Positions 1 through 9,938 are shown, counted from the stretch's first letter. The stretch: DNA of 34,312 bases from Betaproteobacteria bacterium (GCA_043779885.1 JAYWDM010000244.1:1-34312); one strand, 5' to 3'. The notes: generated by a model from the sequence alone, not told the origin. Numbers and translations are program-made.

Positions 1-172
1 TGGAGTGACTGGGTGGGGTGTATGCCGTGATTATATTCAATGCGGCGCTGCGTGGTGAAAACGCACCAGCCTATATAATGGCCGGGCAATCTCCATGGCA
101 CGATGGCGGACGGCGCGGCCGCGTTGTCGCGCAGTGAACGGGCGGTTGCCGCTAACATCATTCGGGGGAGTT

Positions 173-1147
173 ATGCCTGCAAGCAGTGGATTACGTTCGA
201 TCTTGTGCGTGCTCGCGGGTTTTTTTGCGGCCAGCCCGGTGTGCGGACAAGGTTATCCTGCCAAGCCGATCCGCATGATCGTGCCGTTCGCGCCGGGCGG
301 CAACACCGACATCATCGCGCGCGTATTTACGCCGAAGATGTCGGAAAACCTCGGCCAGCAGATCGTGGTGGAAAACCGCGGCGGCGCCGGCAGCGTGATC
401 GGCACCGAAATCGTCGCCAGGGCCGCGCCCGACGGCTATATGCTGCTGGTGGTTTCCGCGGCGCATACCATCAATCCCGCCATGATCAAAAAGCTGCCGT
501 ACGACTCGGTCAGGGATTTCACGCCAATTTCGCTGCTGGCCGACGTGCCGACCGCGTTCGTCGTGCATCCGTCGCTGCCGGCGAAGACCGTCAGGGAATT
601 CATCGCTCTTGCGCGCGCGCGGCCCGGTGCAATCAATTATTCGACTGCCGGCAGCGGCACCGTCGGCCATCTCGCGGCGGAACTCCTGAGTTCGATGGCT
701 AAAATCAAGCTCGTGCACGTGCCCTACAAGGGTAGCGGTCCCTCGATGGTCGATCTGGTCGCCGGTCACGTGCAAATGCAGTTATCGAGCATGCCGGCGG
801 CGATCCAGCATGTGCGCACGGGTCGGCTGCGCATGATCGCGCAGACCGGCAAGCAGCGTTCTTCCGCGGCGCCCGACACCCCGACGATGGTGGAGTCCGG
901 ATTGCCTGACTTCGTGGTTTCGAGCGGCTTCGGCATGTTCGCGCCGGCGCAGACGCCGCGCGCCATCATCGAGCGCATCCACGCCGCACTGGTAAAGGCA
1001 CTGAACGACCCGGCGGTCAGGGAGAATCTGAGCAAGCAGGGCGCCGAAGTGGTGGCCAGTACGCCTGACGAATACGATCAGTTCAACCGCGCCGAGATCG
1101 CGAAATGGATCAAGGTTGTGGCGCAGGCAGGCATCGCTCCCGAATAA
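173..1147 (+). CDS. Bug/TctC-family periplasmic substrate-binding protein (orphan; tripartite tricarboxylate transporter family)
   Basis: ORF 95..1147. ATG 173 gives a signal-peptide-like N-terminus (MPASSGLRSILCVLAGFFAASPVCGQ) and a family-typical length of 324 aa. Family motifs present: PIRMIVPFAPGGNTD, VENRGGAG, VPYKGSGP. No tctA/tctB next to it. Start uncertain (95, 103 or 173). Confidence 0.85.
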   Translation: MPASSGLRSILCVLAGFFAASPVCGQGYPAKPIRMIVPFAPGGNTDIIARVFTPKMSENLGQQIVVENRGGAGSVIGTEIVARAAPDGYMLLVVSAAHTINPAMIKKLPYDSVRDFTPISLLADVPTAFVVHPSLPAKTVREFIALARARPGAINYSTAGSGTVGHLAAELLSSMAKIKLVHVPYKGSGPSMVDLVAGHVQMQLSSMPAAIQHVRTGRLRMIAQTGKQRSSAAPDTPTMVESGLPDFVVSSGFGMFAPAQTPRAIIERIHAALVKALNDPAVRENLSKQGAEVVASTPDEYDQFNRAEIAKWIKVVAQAGIAPE

Positions 1148-1161
1148 AAAGGGAGGATCGC

Positions 1162-1602
1162 ATGTTCAAACATATCCTGATCCCGACGGACGGAACCCGC
1201 TTGTCACGGAAGGCTATACGCACCGGCGTTGAACTGGCCAGGTTTCACGGCGCCAGGGTTACCGCGGTGCATGCGGTTCCCGACTATCACCTGATGATCG
1301 CTTATGAAGGCGCCTTCGATTCCGTCACGGAAGAACGCTTCGCCAAGGAAGCGCGCGTGCGCGCCGAAGGCTACCTGAAAATCGTGCGCAAAGCGTGTCG
1401 CGATGCAGGCGTGTCATGTGAGACGGTTTGCGCAACCAGTGATCATCCGTATGACGCCATCCTGAAGACGGCTGCCGCAAAACGCTGCGACCTGATAGTG
1501 CTGCACTCGCACGGTCGCCAGGGATTGGCGGCGGTGCTGCTCGGCAGCGAAACGCGCAAAGTGCTGACCTACGCCAGGATTCCGGTCATGGTGGTGCGCT
1601 GA
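1162..1602 (+). CDS. Universal stress protein (UspA family)
   Basis: ORF 1105..1602. ATG 1162 is preceded by GGGAGG (1151-1156). N-terminus MFKHILIPTDGT and C-terminus DLIVLHSHGRQGLAAVLLGSETRKVL...PVMVV match the Usp ATP-binding fold. Confidence 0.85.
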   Translation: MFKHILIPTDGTRLSRKAIRTGVELARFHGARVTAVHAVPDYHLMIAYEGAFDSVTEERFAKEARVRAEGYLKIVRKACRDAGVSCETVCATSDHPYDAILKTAAAKRCDLIVLHSHGRQGLAAVLLGSETRKVLTYARIPVMVVR

Positions 1603-1705
1603 CCCGCATGGCGCAAATCCGCCGCGGTGGGCGTTCGGTGGTTGGGAGGCGTCGTCAGCGCAACAGGTAGAGAGTTTATCGCGTTGATTTAAAACATATA
1701 ATGAA

Positions 1706-1735
1706 TTGATTTATGCGGGCATAGATAAATATATT
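1706..1735 (+). promoter_or_regulatory. Sigma-70-type promoter (TTGATT - 18 nt - TATATT) for the candidate sRNA
   Basis: TTGATT at 1706-1711 and TATATT at 1730-1735, in a locally AT-rich stretch. Predicted TSS near 1742. Confidence 0.45.
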
Positions 1736-1741
1736 GCAAAG

Positions 1742-1883
1742 CAGCAGAAAACGCTTGCAAAAGGCTTTTCTCTCAGCCATACTTTGCTTGCGTTGGGCAT
1801 CTTTTCAGGTGTCGGCGCACATCCTCCAAAACCTCCTCCTTTGGTGGAATCTTAGCGCAGCCCCTCGGGGCTGCGTCTTTTTT
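1742..1883 (+). ncRNA. Candidate small RNA (about 140 nt) with CCUCC / CCUCCUCC anti-Shine-Dalgarno-like motifs
   Basis: Bounded by the promoter above and an intrinsic terminator (1855-1883). No credible ORF inside. CCTCC at 1823-1827. CCTCCTCC at 1832-1839 sits in the loop of a CCAAA/TTTGG hairpin (1826-1845). The next gene, sucC, is 450 nt away and has its own promoter. Confidence 0.45.
1855..1883 (+). terminator. Rho-independent terminator
   Basis: GCGCAGCC-CCTCGG-GGCTGCG(T)C stem-loop followed by TTTTTT (1878-1883). Confidence 0.7.
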
Positions 1884-2228
1884 CAAGATTCGAACAAAAT
1901 CGGGCACGTCTGCGCATCACTCAGGTACTCCGCAGGCAGGCCGTTGTTGCGTCGCAAGATATTCATCTTTGCCGACCACGAACTGATTTGCCCATTTCCG
2001 GTCGCGCGCACCGTTGCGAGGCCGTCGCTCTGCCGCACGCGGCGCGCTGGCGGTCGCGGCGATGCGCGGCAAGCGATCCATCGAATCGGCTATACTTGCG
2101 CGGCCTGTTCGCGGGCGGTTGATTCGAACCGCGCATTTGAGCGGCATGCGCACCGCAGTGCGGGATGGCGAACAGCGCGCATTACCGGCGCCCGCAGTCA
2201 CACGTAGTGCATAGCCCGATCCGCAATA

Positions 2229-2270
2229 TTGACTGCGGTCAAGGCTATATGGCGTGCCCGCAGTTAATTT
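2229..2270 (+). promoter_or_regulatory. Crp/Fnr-type box TTGACTGCGGTCAA plus -10 TAATTT (class II geometry) upstream of sucC
   Basis: Palindrome at 2229-2242, exactly 22 nt spacer, TAATTT at 2265-2270. Predicted TSS near 2277. Same architecture as the sites at 10065, 13248 and 19119. Confidence 0.55.
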
Positions 2271-2338
2271 ATGCTTGGCTCATGCGCGCGCCGGCCCATG
2301 GTGGCTGGTCGCGCGTCAAAATCAAGTAAAGGACGTTA

Positions 2339-3511
2339 ATGAAAATCCACGAATACCAGGCGAAAGAAGTCCTGCGCAAATACGGCGTGATCACACCGCG
2401 CGGTATCGCGTGCTTCAGCGTCGCCGAAGCGGTCGCGGCCGCCGGGAAACTGGGCGGCAAGGTGTGGGTAGTCAAGGCGCAAATCCACGCGGGCGGGCGC
2501 GGCAAGGGCGGCGGCGTGAAACTCGCGCGTTCCGTCGATGAAGTCAAAGCGCATGCAAGCCAGATCCTCGGCATGCAGCTGATAACGCATCAGACCGGTC
2601 GCGAAGGACAAAAAGTCCGCCGTCTGCTGGTCGAAGAGGGCGCCGACATCAGGAAGGAACTATACGCAGGGATGGTTGTTGATCGCGGCACCCAGCGCGT
2701 TTGTCTGATGGCGAGCAGCGAAGGCGGCATGGACATCGAGGAAGTCGCGGCCAAAACGCCGGAGAAAATCCACAAGGTTTTCATCGACCCGATGCGCGGC
2801 TTGCAGGACAGCGAGTGCGATGACGTTGCGCGCAGGATAGGCATACCCGAAGCGTCGTTCGCGAAAGCGCGTACCGCGCTGCAGGGGCTGTATAAGGCAT
2901 TCGACGAGACTGACGCGTCGCTCGCCGAAATCAATCCGCTGATCCTTACCAACGGCGGCGATGTGATTGCGCTCGACGCGAAAATGACTTTCGACGATAA
3001 CGCGCTCTTTCGCCATCCCGATATCGTCGCCATGCGCGATCTGGACGAGGAAGACCCGGCCGAGATCGAAGCGTCCAAATTCGACCTCTCGTACATCTCG
3101 CTCGACGGCAACATCGGCTGCCTCGTCAACGGCGCGGGCCTTGCGATGGCGACCATGGACATCACCAAGCTGTACGGCGGCAGTCCCGCCAATTTTCTCG
3201 ACGTCGGCGGCGGCGCGTCGGCGGAGAAAGTGACCGAGGCATTCAAGATCATGCTCAAGAATCCCGCGGTCAAGGCGATTCTGGTCAATATATTCGGCGG
3301 CATCATGAAATGCGACGTCATTGCGCAGGGCGTAGTCACGGCCGCCAAAGAGGTGCATCTGAACGTGCCGCTCGTCGTGCGGCTCGAAGGCACCAACGTC
3401 GATCTCGGCAAGCGGATACTTGCCGAATCGGGATTGCCTATCATATCGGGCGACAACATGGCGGATGCTGCCGCCAAGGTGGTCAAAGCGGCACAAGGAG
3501 CGGCGGCATGA
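2339..3511 (+). CDS. sucC: Succinyl-CoA ligase (ADP-forming) beta subunit
   Basis: 390 aa. [35 protein letters not shown] and [11 protein letters not shown]...[11 protein letters not shown] align end to end with betaproteobacterial SucC as I recall it. Confidence 0.95.
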   Translation: MKIHEYQAKEVLRKYGVITPRGIACFSVAEAVAAAGKLGGKVWVVKAQIHAGGRGKGGGVKLARSVDEVKAHASQILGMQLITHQTGREGQKVRRLLVEEGADIRKELYAGMVVDRGTQRVCLMASSEGGMDIEEVAAKTPEKIHKVFIDPMRGLQDSECDDVARRIGIPEASFAKARTALQGLYKAFDETDASLAEINPLILTNGGDVIALDAKMTFDDNALFRHPDIVAMRDLDEEDPAEIEASKFDLSYISLDGNIGCLVNGAGLAMATMDITKLYGGSPANFLDVGGGASAEKVTEAFKIMLKNPAVKAILVNIFGGIMKCDVIAQGVVTAAKEVHLNVPLVVRLEGTNVDLGKRILAESGLPIISGDNMADAAAKVVKAAQGAAA

Positions 3512-4386
3512 GTATTCTGATCGACAGGAACACCCGCGTGATGACGCAGGGCATTACCGGCAAGACCGGTCAGTTCCACACCAAAATGGGCAAGGAATAT
3601 GCGAACGGCGCCAACTGCTATGTGGCGGGCGTCAATCCGAAAAAGCCCGGTGAATCGTACGAGGGCATACCGATTTTCGCGACTGTGAAGGAAGCCAAGG
3701 AGCAGACCGGCGCGAATGTGTCGGTAATCTACGTGCCGCCGCCGTTTGCGGCGGCCGCCATCGATGAGGCGGTCGATGCCGACCTTGATCTCGTGATCTG
3801 CATCACCGAAGGCATACCGGTGCGCGACATGATCCGCACCAAGTACAGGCTGCAGGGCAAACGCACCCGGCTGATCGGCCCGAACTGTCCGGGCGTCATC
3901 ACGCCCGGGGAGATCAAGATCGGCATCATGCCGGGACACATCCACAAACGGGGCCCGGTCGGCGTCGTGTCGCGTTCGGGCACGCTCACTTACGAAGCTG
4001 TCGGGCAACTGATGGAGCAGGGGCTCGGCCAGTCGTCATGCGTCGGCATCGGCGGCGACCCGGTCAACGGCTTGAAACACATCGATATCATGAAGATGTT
4101 CAACGCCGACGATGCAACCGAGGCGGTCGTCATGGTCGGCGAGATCGGCGGCGCCGACGAAGAGGAGTGCGCGCGCTGGATCAAGGCCAACATGAAAAAG
4201 CCGGTCGTCGGGTTCATCGCCGGCGTTACCGCGCCCCCGGGCAAGCGTATGGGGCACGCGGGCGCCATCATCTCAGGCGGCAAAGGTACCGCGGCCGAGA
4301 AGCTGGCGGTAATGGAGGAATGCGGCATCAAGGTAACGCGCAATCCCGCCGAAATGGGCAAGCTGATGAAGTCCGTATTGAAGTAG
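3508..4386 (+). CDS. sucD: Succinyl-CoA ligase alpha subunit
   Basis: ATG 3508 overlaps the sucC stop (ATGA). [35 protein letters not shown] and the catalytic-His motif [18 protein letters not shown] are present. Confidence 0.95.
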   Translation: MSILIDRNTRVMTQGITGKTGQFHTKMGKEYANGANCYVAGVNPKKPGESYEGIPIFATVKEAKEQTGANVSVIYVPPPFAAAAIDEAVDADLDLVICITEGIPVRDMIRTKYRLQGKRTRLIGPNCPGVITPGEIKIGIMPGHIHKRGPVGVVSRSGTLTYEAVGQLMEQGLGQSSCVGIGGDPVNGLKHIDIMKMFNADDATEAVVMVGEIGGADEEECARWIKANMKKPVVGFIAGVTAPPGKRMGHAGAIISGGKGTAAEKLAVMEECGIKVTRNPAEMGKLMKSVLK

Positions 4387-4497
4387 TGCGCGGCATGTTC
4401 CGGGTCAAATGACCGGCGCGTGCAGTGGCAGGCGCAACGTGATTCGACGGCGCGTCGCAGCAAATTGTTGGTATGTATTTGAACGGAGGAGCGAGAC

Positions 4498-6165
4498 GTG
4501 GACGCGGCAGGCAACAGGAGTAGACGCGGCAAGCCGAAAGGCCGCGCAGTCGACGCCACGGCGCTCGTCGAAGTGCAGGCACTGCTCGGCAACGCGCCGC
4601 GCCGGCGCGATTTGCTGATCGAGCATTTGCACAAGATACAGGATCGCTACGGCCGGCTCGCGGCCGCGCATATCGTGGCGCTCGCGCGCGAGATGCAGCT
4701 CGCGACCACCGAAGTCTACGAGGTCGCGACGTTCTACCACCATTTCGACGTGGTCAGGGAAGGCGATGCGACGCCGCCTGCACTGACCGTGCGCGTATGC
4801 GATTCGCTGTCGTGCGAACTTGCCGGCGCGCAGCCCCTGCTGGAAAAACTGAAGGTGACGCTCGGACCCGGCGTACGCGTGATCCCGGCGCCATGCATCG
4901 GGCGTTGCGAGCAGGCGCCGGCGGCTGTCGTCGGTCAGAACCCGATCGCGCATGCCACGGTCGCAAAAGTAAAAGCGCAGGTGATGGCGAAAAACACCCG
5001 CTGCGCGGCGGCCAAGTACATCGACTTTGACGAATACCGCAGGAGCGGCGGCTATAAGGTGGCGGCCGAGTGCCTTGCCGGCAAGCGCGATGCCGAGGAT
5101 ATTTTGAAGGCGATGGAGAACTCAGGCCTGCGCGGTCTTGGCGGCGCGGGTTTTCCGGCCGGGCGCAAGTGGCGCATCCTGCGCGGCGAGCGCGCGCCCC
5201 GCCTGATGGCGATCAACATCGACGAGGGCGAACCGGGCACGTTCAAAGACCGCTATTACCTCGAACGCGATCCGCACCGCTTTCTTGAGGGCATGATCGT
5301 CGCCGCGTGGACGGCGCAAATCTCTGAAGTCTATATTTATCTGCGTGACGAGTACGCCGGTTGCCGCGCGATACTCGAACGCGAACTCGCGGCAATGCAG
5401 AAAAATCCGCCGTGCCCGCTGCCGCCGATTCATTTGCGGCGCGGCGCCGGCGCATACATCTGCGGCGAGGAGTCGGCGATGATCGAGTCCATTGAAGGCA
5501 AGCGCGGCATGCCGCGCTTGAGGCCGCCGTACGTCGCGCAGGTGGGGCTCTTCGGCTACCCGACGCTTGAGCACAACATGGAAACGCTTTACTGGGTGCG
5601 CGATATCCTGGAAAAAGGCGCCGACTGGTTCGCCGGGCAGGGACGCCATGGACGCAAAGGCCTGCGCTCGTTTTCGGTGTCTGGCCGCGTCAACACGCCC
5701 GGAGTGCACCTTGCGCCGGCCGGCATTACGGTCAGGGAACTCATCGCGGAATACTGCGGCGGCATGCTGCCCGGACAGAAGTTTTACGCCTATCTGCCCG
5801 GCGGCGCTTCAGGCGGCATACTGCCGGCGGGCATGGGTGATATTCCGCTCGACTTCGACACGCTGCAGCCGCACGGCTGCTTCATCGGCTCGGCGGCGGT
5901 GATCATCCTGTCTGATCGGGATAAAGCGAGCGCGGCAGCGCGCAACCTGATGAAGTTTTTCGCGGATGAATCGTGCGGTCAGTGCACGCCGTGCCGTGTC
6001 GGCACGGCCAAAGCGCTGAATCTGATGCAGGCCGCGAAGTGGGACCAGCCATTGCTCGAGGAACTGTCGGGCGCGATGGCGGACGCATCCATATGCGGTC
6101 TCGGCCAGGCGGCGCCCAATCCCGTGCGCTGCGTGGTCAAGCATTTTGCGCATGAGATCGAATGA
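4498..6165 (+). CDS. fdsB: NAD-dependent formate dehydrogenase diaphorase subunit (fused NuoE/FdsG-like 2Fe-2S domain plus NuoF/FdsB-like FMN/NAD/4Fe-4S domain)
   Basis: GTG 4498 is preceded by GGAGGA. The N-terminal domain has a C-x4-C...C-x3-C pattern (VCDSLSCE...PCIGRCE). NuoF-like motifs: GLRGLGGAGFPAGRKW, YICGEESAMIESIEG, ESCGQCTPCR. Confidence 0.85.
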   Translation: MDAAGNRSRRGKPKGRAVDATALVEVQALLGNAPRRRDLLIEHLHKIQDRYGRLAAAHIVALAREMQLATTEVYEVATFYHHFDVVREGDATPPALTVRVCDSLSCELAGAQPLLEKLKVTLGPGVRVIPAPCIGRCEQAPAAVVGQNPIAHATVAKVKAQVMAKNTRCAAAKYIDFDEYRRSGGYKVAAECLAGKRDAEDILKAMENSGLRGLGGAGFPAGRKWRILRGERAPRLMAINIDEGEPGTFKDRYYLERDPHRFLEGMIVAAWTAQISEVYIYLRDEYAGCRAILERELAAMQKNPPCPLPPIHLRRGAGAYICGEESAMIESIEGKRGMPRLRPPYVAQVGLFGYPTLEHNMETLYWVRDILEKGADWFAGQGRHGRKGLRSFSVSGRVNTPGVHLAPAGITVRELIAEYCGGMLPGQKFYAYLPGGASGGILPAGMGDIPLDFDTLQPHGCFIGSAAVIILSDRDKASAAARNLMKFFADESCGQCTPCRVGTAKALNLMQAAKWDQPLLEELSGAMADASICGLGQAAPNPVRCVVKHFAHEIE

Positions 6166-6178
6166 GGCGAGGTAAACG

Positions 6179-9001
6179 ATGACGGCGATGAGCAAACCGG
6201 AATTCGAAGCGATGCCGGTCGAATTCAAACTGAACGGCAAGGACGTGGTCGGCTACGGCCACGAGACGATAATCCAGACGGCCAAACGCCTGGGCGTTGA
6301 AATACCGCACCTGTGCTACAAGGAAGGCCTGCGGCCTGACGGCAACTGCCGCGCGTGCATGGTCGAGATCAAGGGCGAGCGCGTGCTGGCGCCGTCGTGC
6401 TGCCGCCAGCCCACCGCCGGCATGGAAGTTACGAGCGACAGCGCGCGCGCCGTCGCGTCGCAGAAGATGGTGTTGGAGTTGCTGCTCGCCGACATGCCGA
6501 GGGAACGCCACACGCTCAATTCCGAACTCGACCACTGGGCAGCGCGGCTTAGAGTCGGCAAGCCGCGTTTTGCGGCGCGCCACCAGCCCAAGGCCGATCT
6601 GTCGCACTTCGGCATGGCGGTCAATCTCGATTCGTGCATCCAGTGCACGCGCTGCGTGCGCGCATGCCGCGAGGAGCAGGTCAATGACGTGATCGGCTAC
6701 GCGTTTCGCGGCGAGCATTCGAAGATCGTGTTCGACCTTGACGATCCCATGGGCGACTCGACGTGCGTCGCGTGCGGCGAATGCGTGCAGGCGTGCCCGA
6801 CCGGCGCGTTGATGCCGGCGCGCAATGCCGGCATGGTGAAGCCCGACAAACAGGTCCACTCGGTTTGCCCCTACTGCGGCGTCGGTTGCCAGCTGACTTA
6901 CAACATCAAGGACAACCGGATCCTGTCGGTCGATGGCCGCGACGGACCATCGAACCACGGCCGCCTGTGCGTCAAAGGCCGTTACGGTTTCGATTACGTC
7001 AATCACAAGCAGCGCCTGACCCAGCCGTTGATCCGCAAAACCGGCGTGCCCAAACGGGTGGACCTGGAGATGGATCCGGCCAATCCGCTCGAATTTTTCC
7101 GCGAGGCGACGTGGGACGAAGCGCTCGACCTCGTCGCGGCCAAGCTGAAGCAAATCCGCGACCGCGGCGGGGAAAGAGCCGGCAGAAATGCGCTGTGCGG
7201 ATTCGGTTCGGCTAAAGGCAGCAACGAAGAGGCGTATCTTTTCCAGAAACTCGTGCGCACCGGATTCGGCAGCAACAACGTCGATCACTGCACGCGCCTG
7301 TGCCACGCGTCGAGCGTCGCCGCGCTGATGGAGGGAGTGAATTCAGGCGCCGTGTCAAACCAGGTCAACGATGTCGCGAATGCCGAAGTGGTGTTCGTGA
7401 TCGGCGCCAACCCGACGTCGAACCATCCGGTGGCCGCAACGTGGATCAAGAACGCGGTGAAACGCGGCACTACGCTGATCGTGGCGGACCCGCGGCGCGG
7501 CGATCTCGCGCGTCACGCGGCGCATTATCTGCAGTTCAAGCCGGATACGGACGTGGCGCTCCTGAACGCGATGATGCACACGATAGTGCACGAGGGGCTC
7601 GTCGACGAGGACTTCATCCGCAGCCGCACCATCGGTTATGACGAGTTGAAGCGCAACGTTGCCAACTACAGTCCGGAAGCGATGGCGCCAGTGTGCGGCA
7701 TTGCCGCGCCGACGATCCGGGAAGTGGCGCGGCTCTACGCGAAATCCAAAGGCTCGATGATCCTGTGGGGCATGGGCATCTCCCAGCATGTCCACGGCAC
7801 CGACAACGCGCGCTGTCTGATCGCATTGTGCATGATGACCGGCCAGATCGGTCGCCCCGGAACCGGCCTGCATCCGCTGCGCGGCCAGAACAACGTGCAG
7901 GGCGCATCCGACTCGGGACTGATCCCGATGTTCTATCCGGATTACCAGCGCGTGGGCGATGACGAAGCGCGCGCCCGTTTTGAAAAACTGTGGGGCGCCA
8001 CACTCGATCCCAAGCCGGGGCTCACGGTGGTCGAGATCATGGACGCGGTGCACCATGGCACGATACACGGCATGTACATCATGGGTGAGAACCCGGCAAT
8101 GTCGGATCCTGACGCGCATCACGCGCGCGAAGCGCTCGCGAATCTCGAGCATCTGGTGGTGCAGGAAATTTTCATGACGGAAACGTGCTACTACGCCGAC
8201 GTGATATTGCCCGCCACCGCGTGGCCGGAAAAGACCGGTACCGTGACCAATACGGACCGTATGGTGCAATTGGGCCGCCAGGCGCTCGTCGCGCCGGGCG
8301 ACGCGAGGTCCGACCTCTGGATCATTCAGGAAATCGCGCGCCGCATGGGCCTCGACTGGAACTACGATGGCGCGCGCGACGTGTTCAACGAAATGCGCAA
8401 GGCCATGAACTCGATTGCCGGCATCACGTGGGAGCGCCTCGAAGCCGAATCCTGCGTCACCTATCCGTGCGAGCAGGAGGGCGATCCGGGCGAGCCAGTC
8501 GTGTTCGTCGATAGATTTCCGACGCCTACCGGACGCGCCAATCTGGTGCCGGCCGACATCATTCCCGCGGCGGAACAGCCGGACTGCGATTTTCCGTTCG
8601 TGCTGATCACGGGACGCCAGCTCGAACATTGGCATACCGGCGCGATCACGCGCCGCGCCACCGTGCTCGATGCCATCGAACCGGAACCGGTCGCATCGAT
8701 GCACCCGCTCGACCTCGATGCAATCGGCGCCAGACCCGGCGATGTGATCACGGTCGAATCGCGGCGCGGCATCATCTCGTTGTATGCGCGCGTTGACGAC
8801 GGCACCCCCAGGGGGGCCGTGTTCATCCCGTTCTGTTTCTACGAAGCCGCGGCCAACCTGCTGACGAATCCGGCACTCGATCCGTTCGGCAAGATTCCGG
8901 AATTCAAGTACTGCGCGGTCAAAGTCATGCGCGGCGGCGAATTGACGCCGCGTTCAAGCTACGGCGGCGGGCAGGCGATGCAAGCGCTGGTAACGGCATA
9001 A
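6179..9001 (+). CDS. fdsA: Formate dehydrogenase catalytic alpha subunit (molybdopterin, NAD-linked type, Cys active site)
   Basis: 940 aa. N-terminal 2Fe-2S and 4Fe-4S cysteine clusters (CYKEGLRPDGNCRACMVE, CIQCTRCVRAC, CVACGECVQACP, CPYCGVGC). Molybdopterin oxidoreductase body with HCTRLCHASSV: Cys rather than Sec, and no in-frame TGA. Confidence 0.9.
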   Translation: MTAMSKPEFEAMPVEFKLNGKDVVGYGHETIIQTAKRLGVEIPHLCYKEGLRPDGNCRACMVEIKGERVLAPSCCRQPTAGMEVTSDSARAVASQKMVLELLLADMPRERHTLNSELDHWAARLRVGKPRFAARHQPKADLSHFGMAVNLDSCIQCTRCVRACREEQVNDVIGYAFRGEHSKIVFDLDDPMGDSTCVACGECVQACPTGALMPARNAGMVKPDKQVHSVCPYCGVGCQLTYNIKDNRILSVDGRDGPSNHGRLCVKGRYGFDYVNHKQRLTQPLIRKTGVPKRVDLEMDPANPLEFFREATWDEALDLVAAKLKQIRDRGGERAGRNALCGFGSAKGSNEEAYLFQKLVRTGFGSNNVDHCTRLCHASSVAALMEGVNSGAVSNQVNDVANAEVVFVIGANPTSNHPVAATWIKNAVKRGTTLIVADPRRGDLARHAAHYLQFKPDTDVALLNAMMHTIVHEGLVDEDFIRSRTIGYDELKRNVANYSPEAMAPVCGIAAPTIREVARLYAKSKGSMILWGMGISQHVHGTDNARCLIALCMMTGQIGRPGTGLHPLRGQNNVQGASDSGLIPMFYPDYQRVGDDEARARFEKLWGATLDPKPGLTVVEIMDAVHHGTIHGMYIMGENPAMSDPDAHHAREALANLEHLVVQEIFMTETCYYADVILPATAWPEKTGTVTNTDRMVQLGRQALVAPGDARSDLWIIQEIARRMGLDWNYDGARDVFNEMRKAMNSIAGITWERLEAESCVTYPCEQEGDPGEPVVFVDRFPTPTGRANLVPADIIPAAEQPDCDFPFVLITGRQLEHWHTGAITRRATVLDAIEPEPVASMHPLDLDAIGARPGDVITVESRRGIISLYARVDDGTPRGAVFIPFCFYEAAANLLTNPALDPFGKIPEFKYCAVKVMRGGELTPRSSYGGGQAMQALVTA

Positions 9002-9023
9002 CGTCATTTGACGAGGGTTGGCG

Positions 9024-9938
9024 ATGGACCAAACGAGCGCGGCGATTGTCGGACAGGCGCACTGGGCGCACAAGCGGGACATCAGGCTTTTCCTGTGGGA
9101 AAAGCGGGCGCTCATGCAACCGAGCCGCGGCACGCTGGTGTTCGTGCACGGCTCGTCGATGGCCTCGACGCCCGGGTTCGATTTTCAAATGCCGGGCAGG
9201 CCCGATGCTTCGATGATGGACTGGTTTGCGCGCCGCGGTTTCGATACGTGGTGCCTGGACATGGAAGGCTACGGGCGTTCTTCCAAGCATCGCGACATCA
9301 ACTGTGACGTCGCCAACGGCGCGGATGATCTGGAGGCCGCGATCGATTACATTGCAGACGCGCGCGGCACCGAAAAATTCGTGTTCTACGGCAGTTCGTC
9401 GGGCGCTTTGCGCGCGGCGCTTTACGCGCAACGTCATCCGCAACGTGTCGCGCGGCTCGTTCTGAGCGCATTCGTATGGACCGGCAAGGGCAGCCCGACG
9501 CTCGCCGAGCGCACGAAGAAGCTGCCTGAATATCGCGCCAACAACCGCCGCAAAATCGACCGCGCGTTCGTAAACACCATGTTTACGCGCGACCACGACG
9601 GCGGCGCCGACAAGGCGGTGATCGACGCCTTTGCCGAACAGATACTGGCGCTCGACGATTCGGTGCCGACCGGCACGTACGTCGACATGTGCGCGAATCT
9701 GCCGCTGGTGGATCCGGCGAAAATCACCGCGCCGACGCTGATCATGCGCGGTCAGTACGACGGCATCGCGTCGATGGACGACCTGCTCGATTTCTTTGCT
9801 CGCCTGCCGAACCCGGACAAGCAGTTCGCCGTGATGCCCGGCATCGCCCACAACAGCACCAAGGCCGCGAATTACGCGATTGCCTACCACATACTGTTGT
9901 CTTTCCTCACTCAGCCCGCGCCGGTTTATCGCGGCTGA
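9024..9938 (+). CDS. Alpha/beta-fold hydrolase of unknown substrate
   Basis: ORF 9018..9938; ATG 9024 follows GAGGG. Oxyanion VFVHGSS, nucleophile elbow GSSSG, later RGQYDGI and GIAHNS (Ser-Asp-His candidates). Lies 16-22 nt after the fdsA stop. Confidence 0.75.
   Translation: MDQTSAAIVGQAHWAHKRDIRLFLWEKRALMQPSRGTLVFVHGSSMASTPGFDFQMPGRPDASMMDWFARRGFDTWCLDMEGYGRSSKHRDINCDVANGADDLEAAIDYIADARGTEKFVFYGSSSGALRAALYAQRHPQRVARLVLSAFVWTGKGSPTLAERTKKLPEYRANNRRKIDRAFVNTMFTRDHDGGADKAVIDAFAEQILALDDSVPTGTYVDMCANLPLVDPAKITAPTLIMRGQYDGIASMDDLLDFFARLPNPDKQFAVMPGIAHNSTKAANYAIAYHILLSFLTQPAPVYRG

Noticed and set aside
27-40. GTGATTATATTCAA as a fifth Crp/Fnr-type box upstream of the Bug gene
   Set aside because: Both half-sites carry a mismatch. 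The spacing to the TATATAAT at 72-79 is 31-33 nt, not the 22 nt shared by the four good sites.
2115-2132. tRNA-like GGTTCGAATC (T-loop consensus) on the minus strand
   Set aside because: The flanks do not form a T-stem, acceptor stem or anticodon arm. It is only a 6-bp hairpin, GCGGTT-GATTCG-AACCGC.
2339-4386. Whether the CoA-ligase pair is malate thiokinase (mtkAB) of a serine cycle, or a dedicated oxalate-pathway ligase, rather than sucCD
   Set aside because: Both proteins match the housekeeping betaproteobacterial SucC/SucD sequences I recall almost motif for motif (for example [11 protein letters not shown] and VNPKKPGE in the alpha subunit). They match my recollection of MtkAB much less well. 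The shared promoter box still makes co-regulation possible.
4400-4416. Imperfect inverted repeat CCGGGTCAAATGACCGG after sucD, as a terminator or operator
   Set aside because: It has only a 5-bp clean stem (GGTCA/TGACC) and no T-tract. The half-sites are in the opposite orientation to the shared TTGAC-N4-GTCAA box.
6179-9001. Selenocysteine-containing formate dehydrogenase with a SECIS element
   Set aside because: The reading frame is uninterrupted and the active-site position is Cys (HCTRLCHASS). There is no in-frame TGA.
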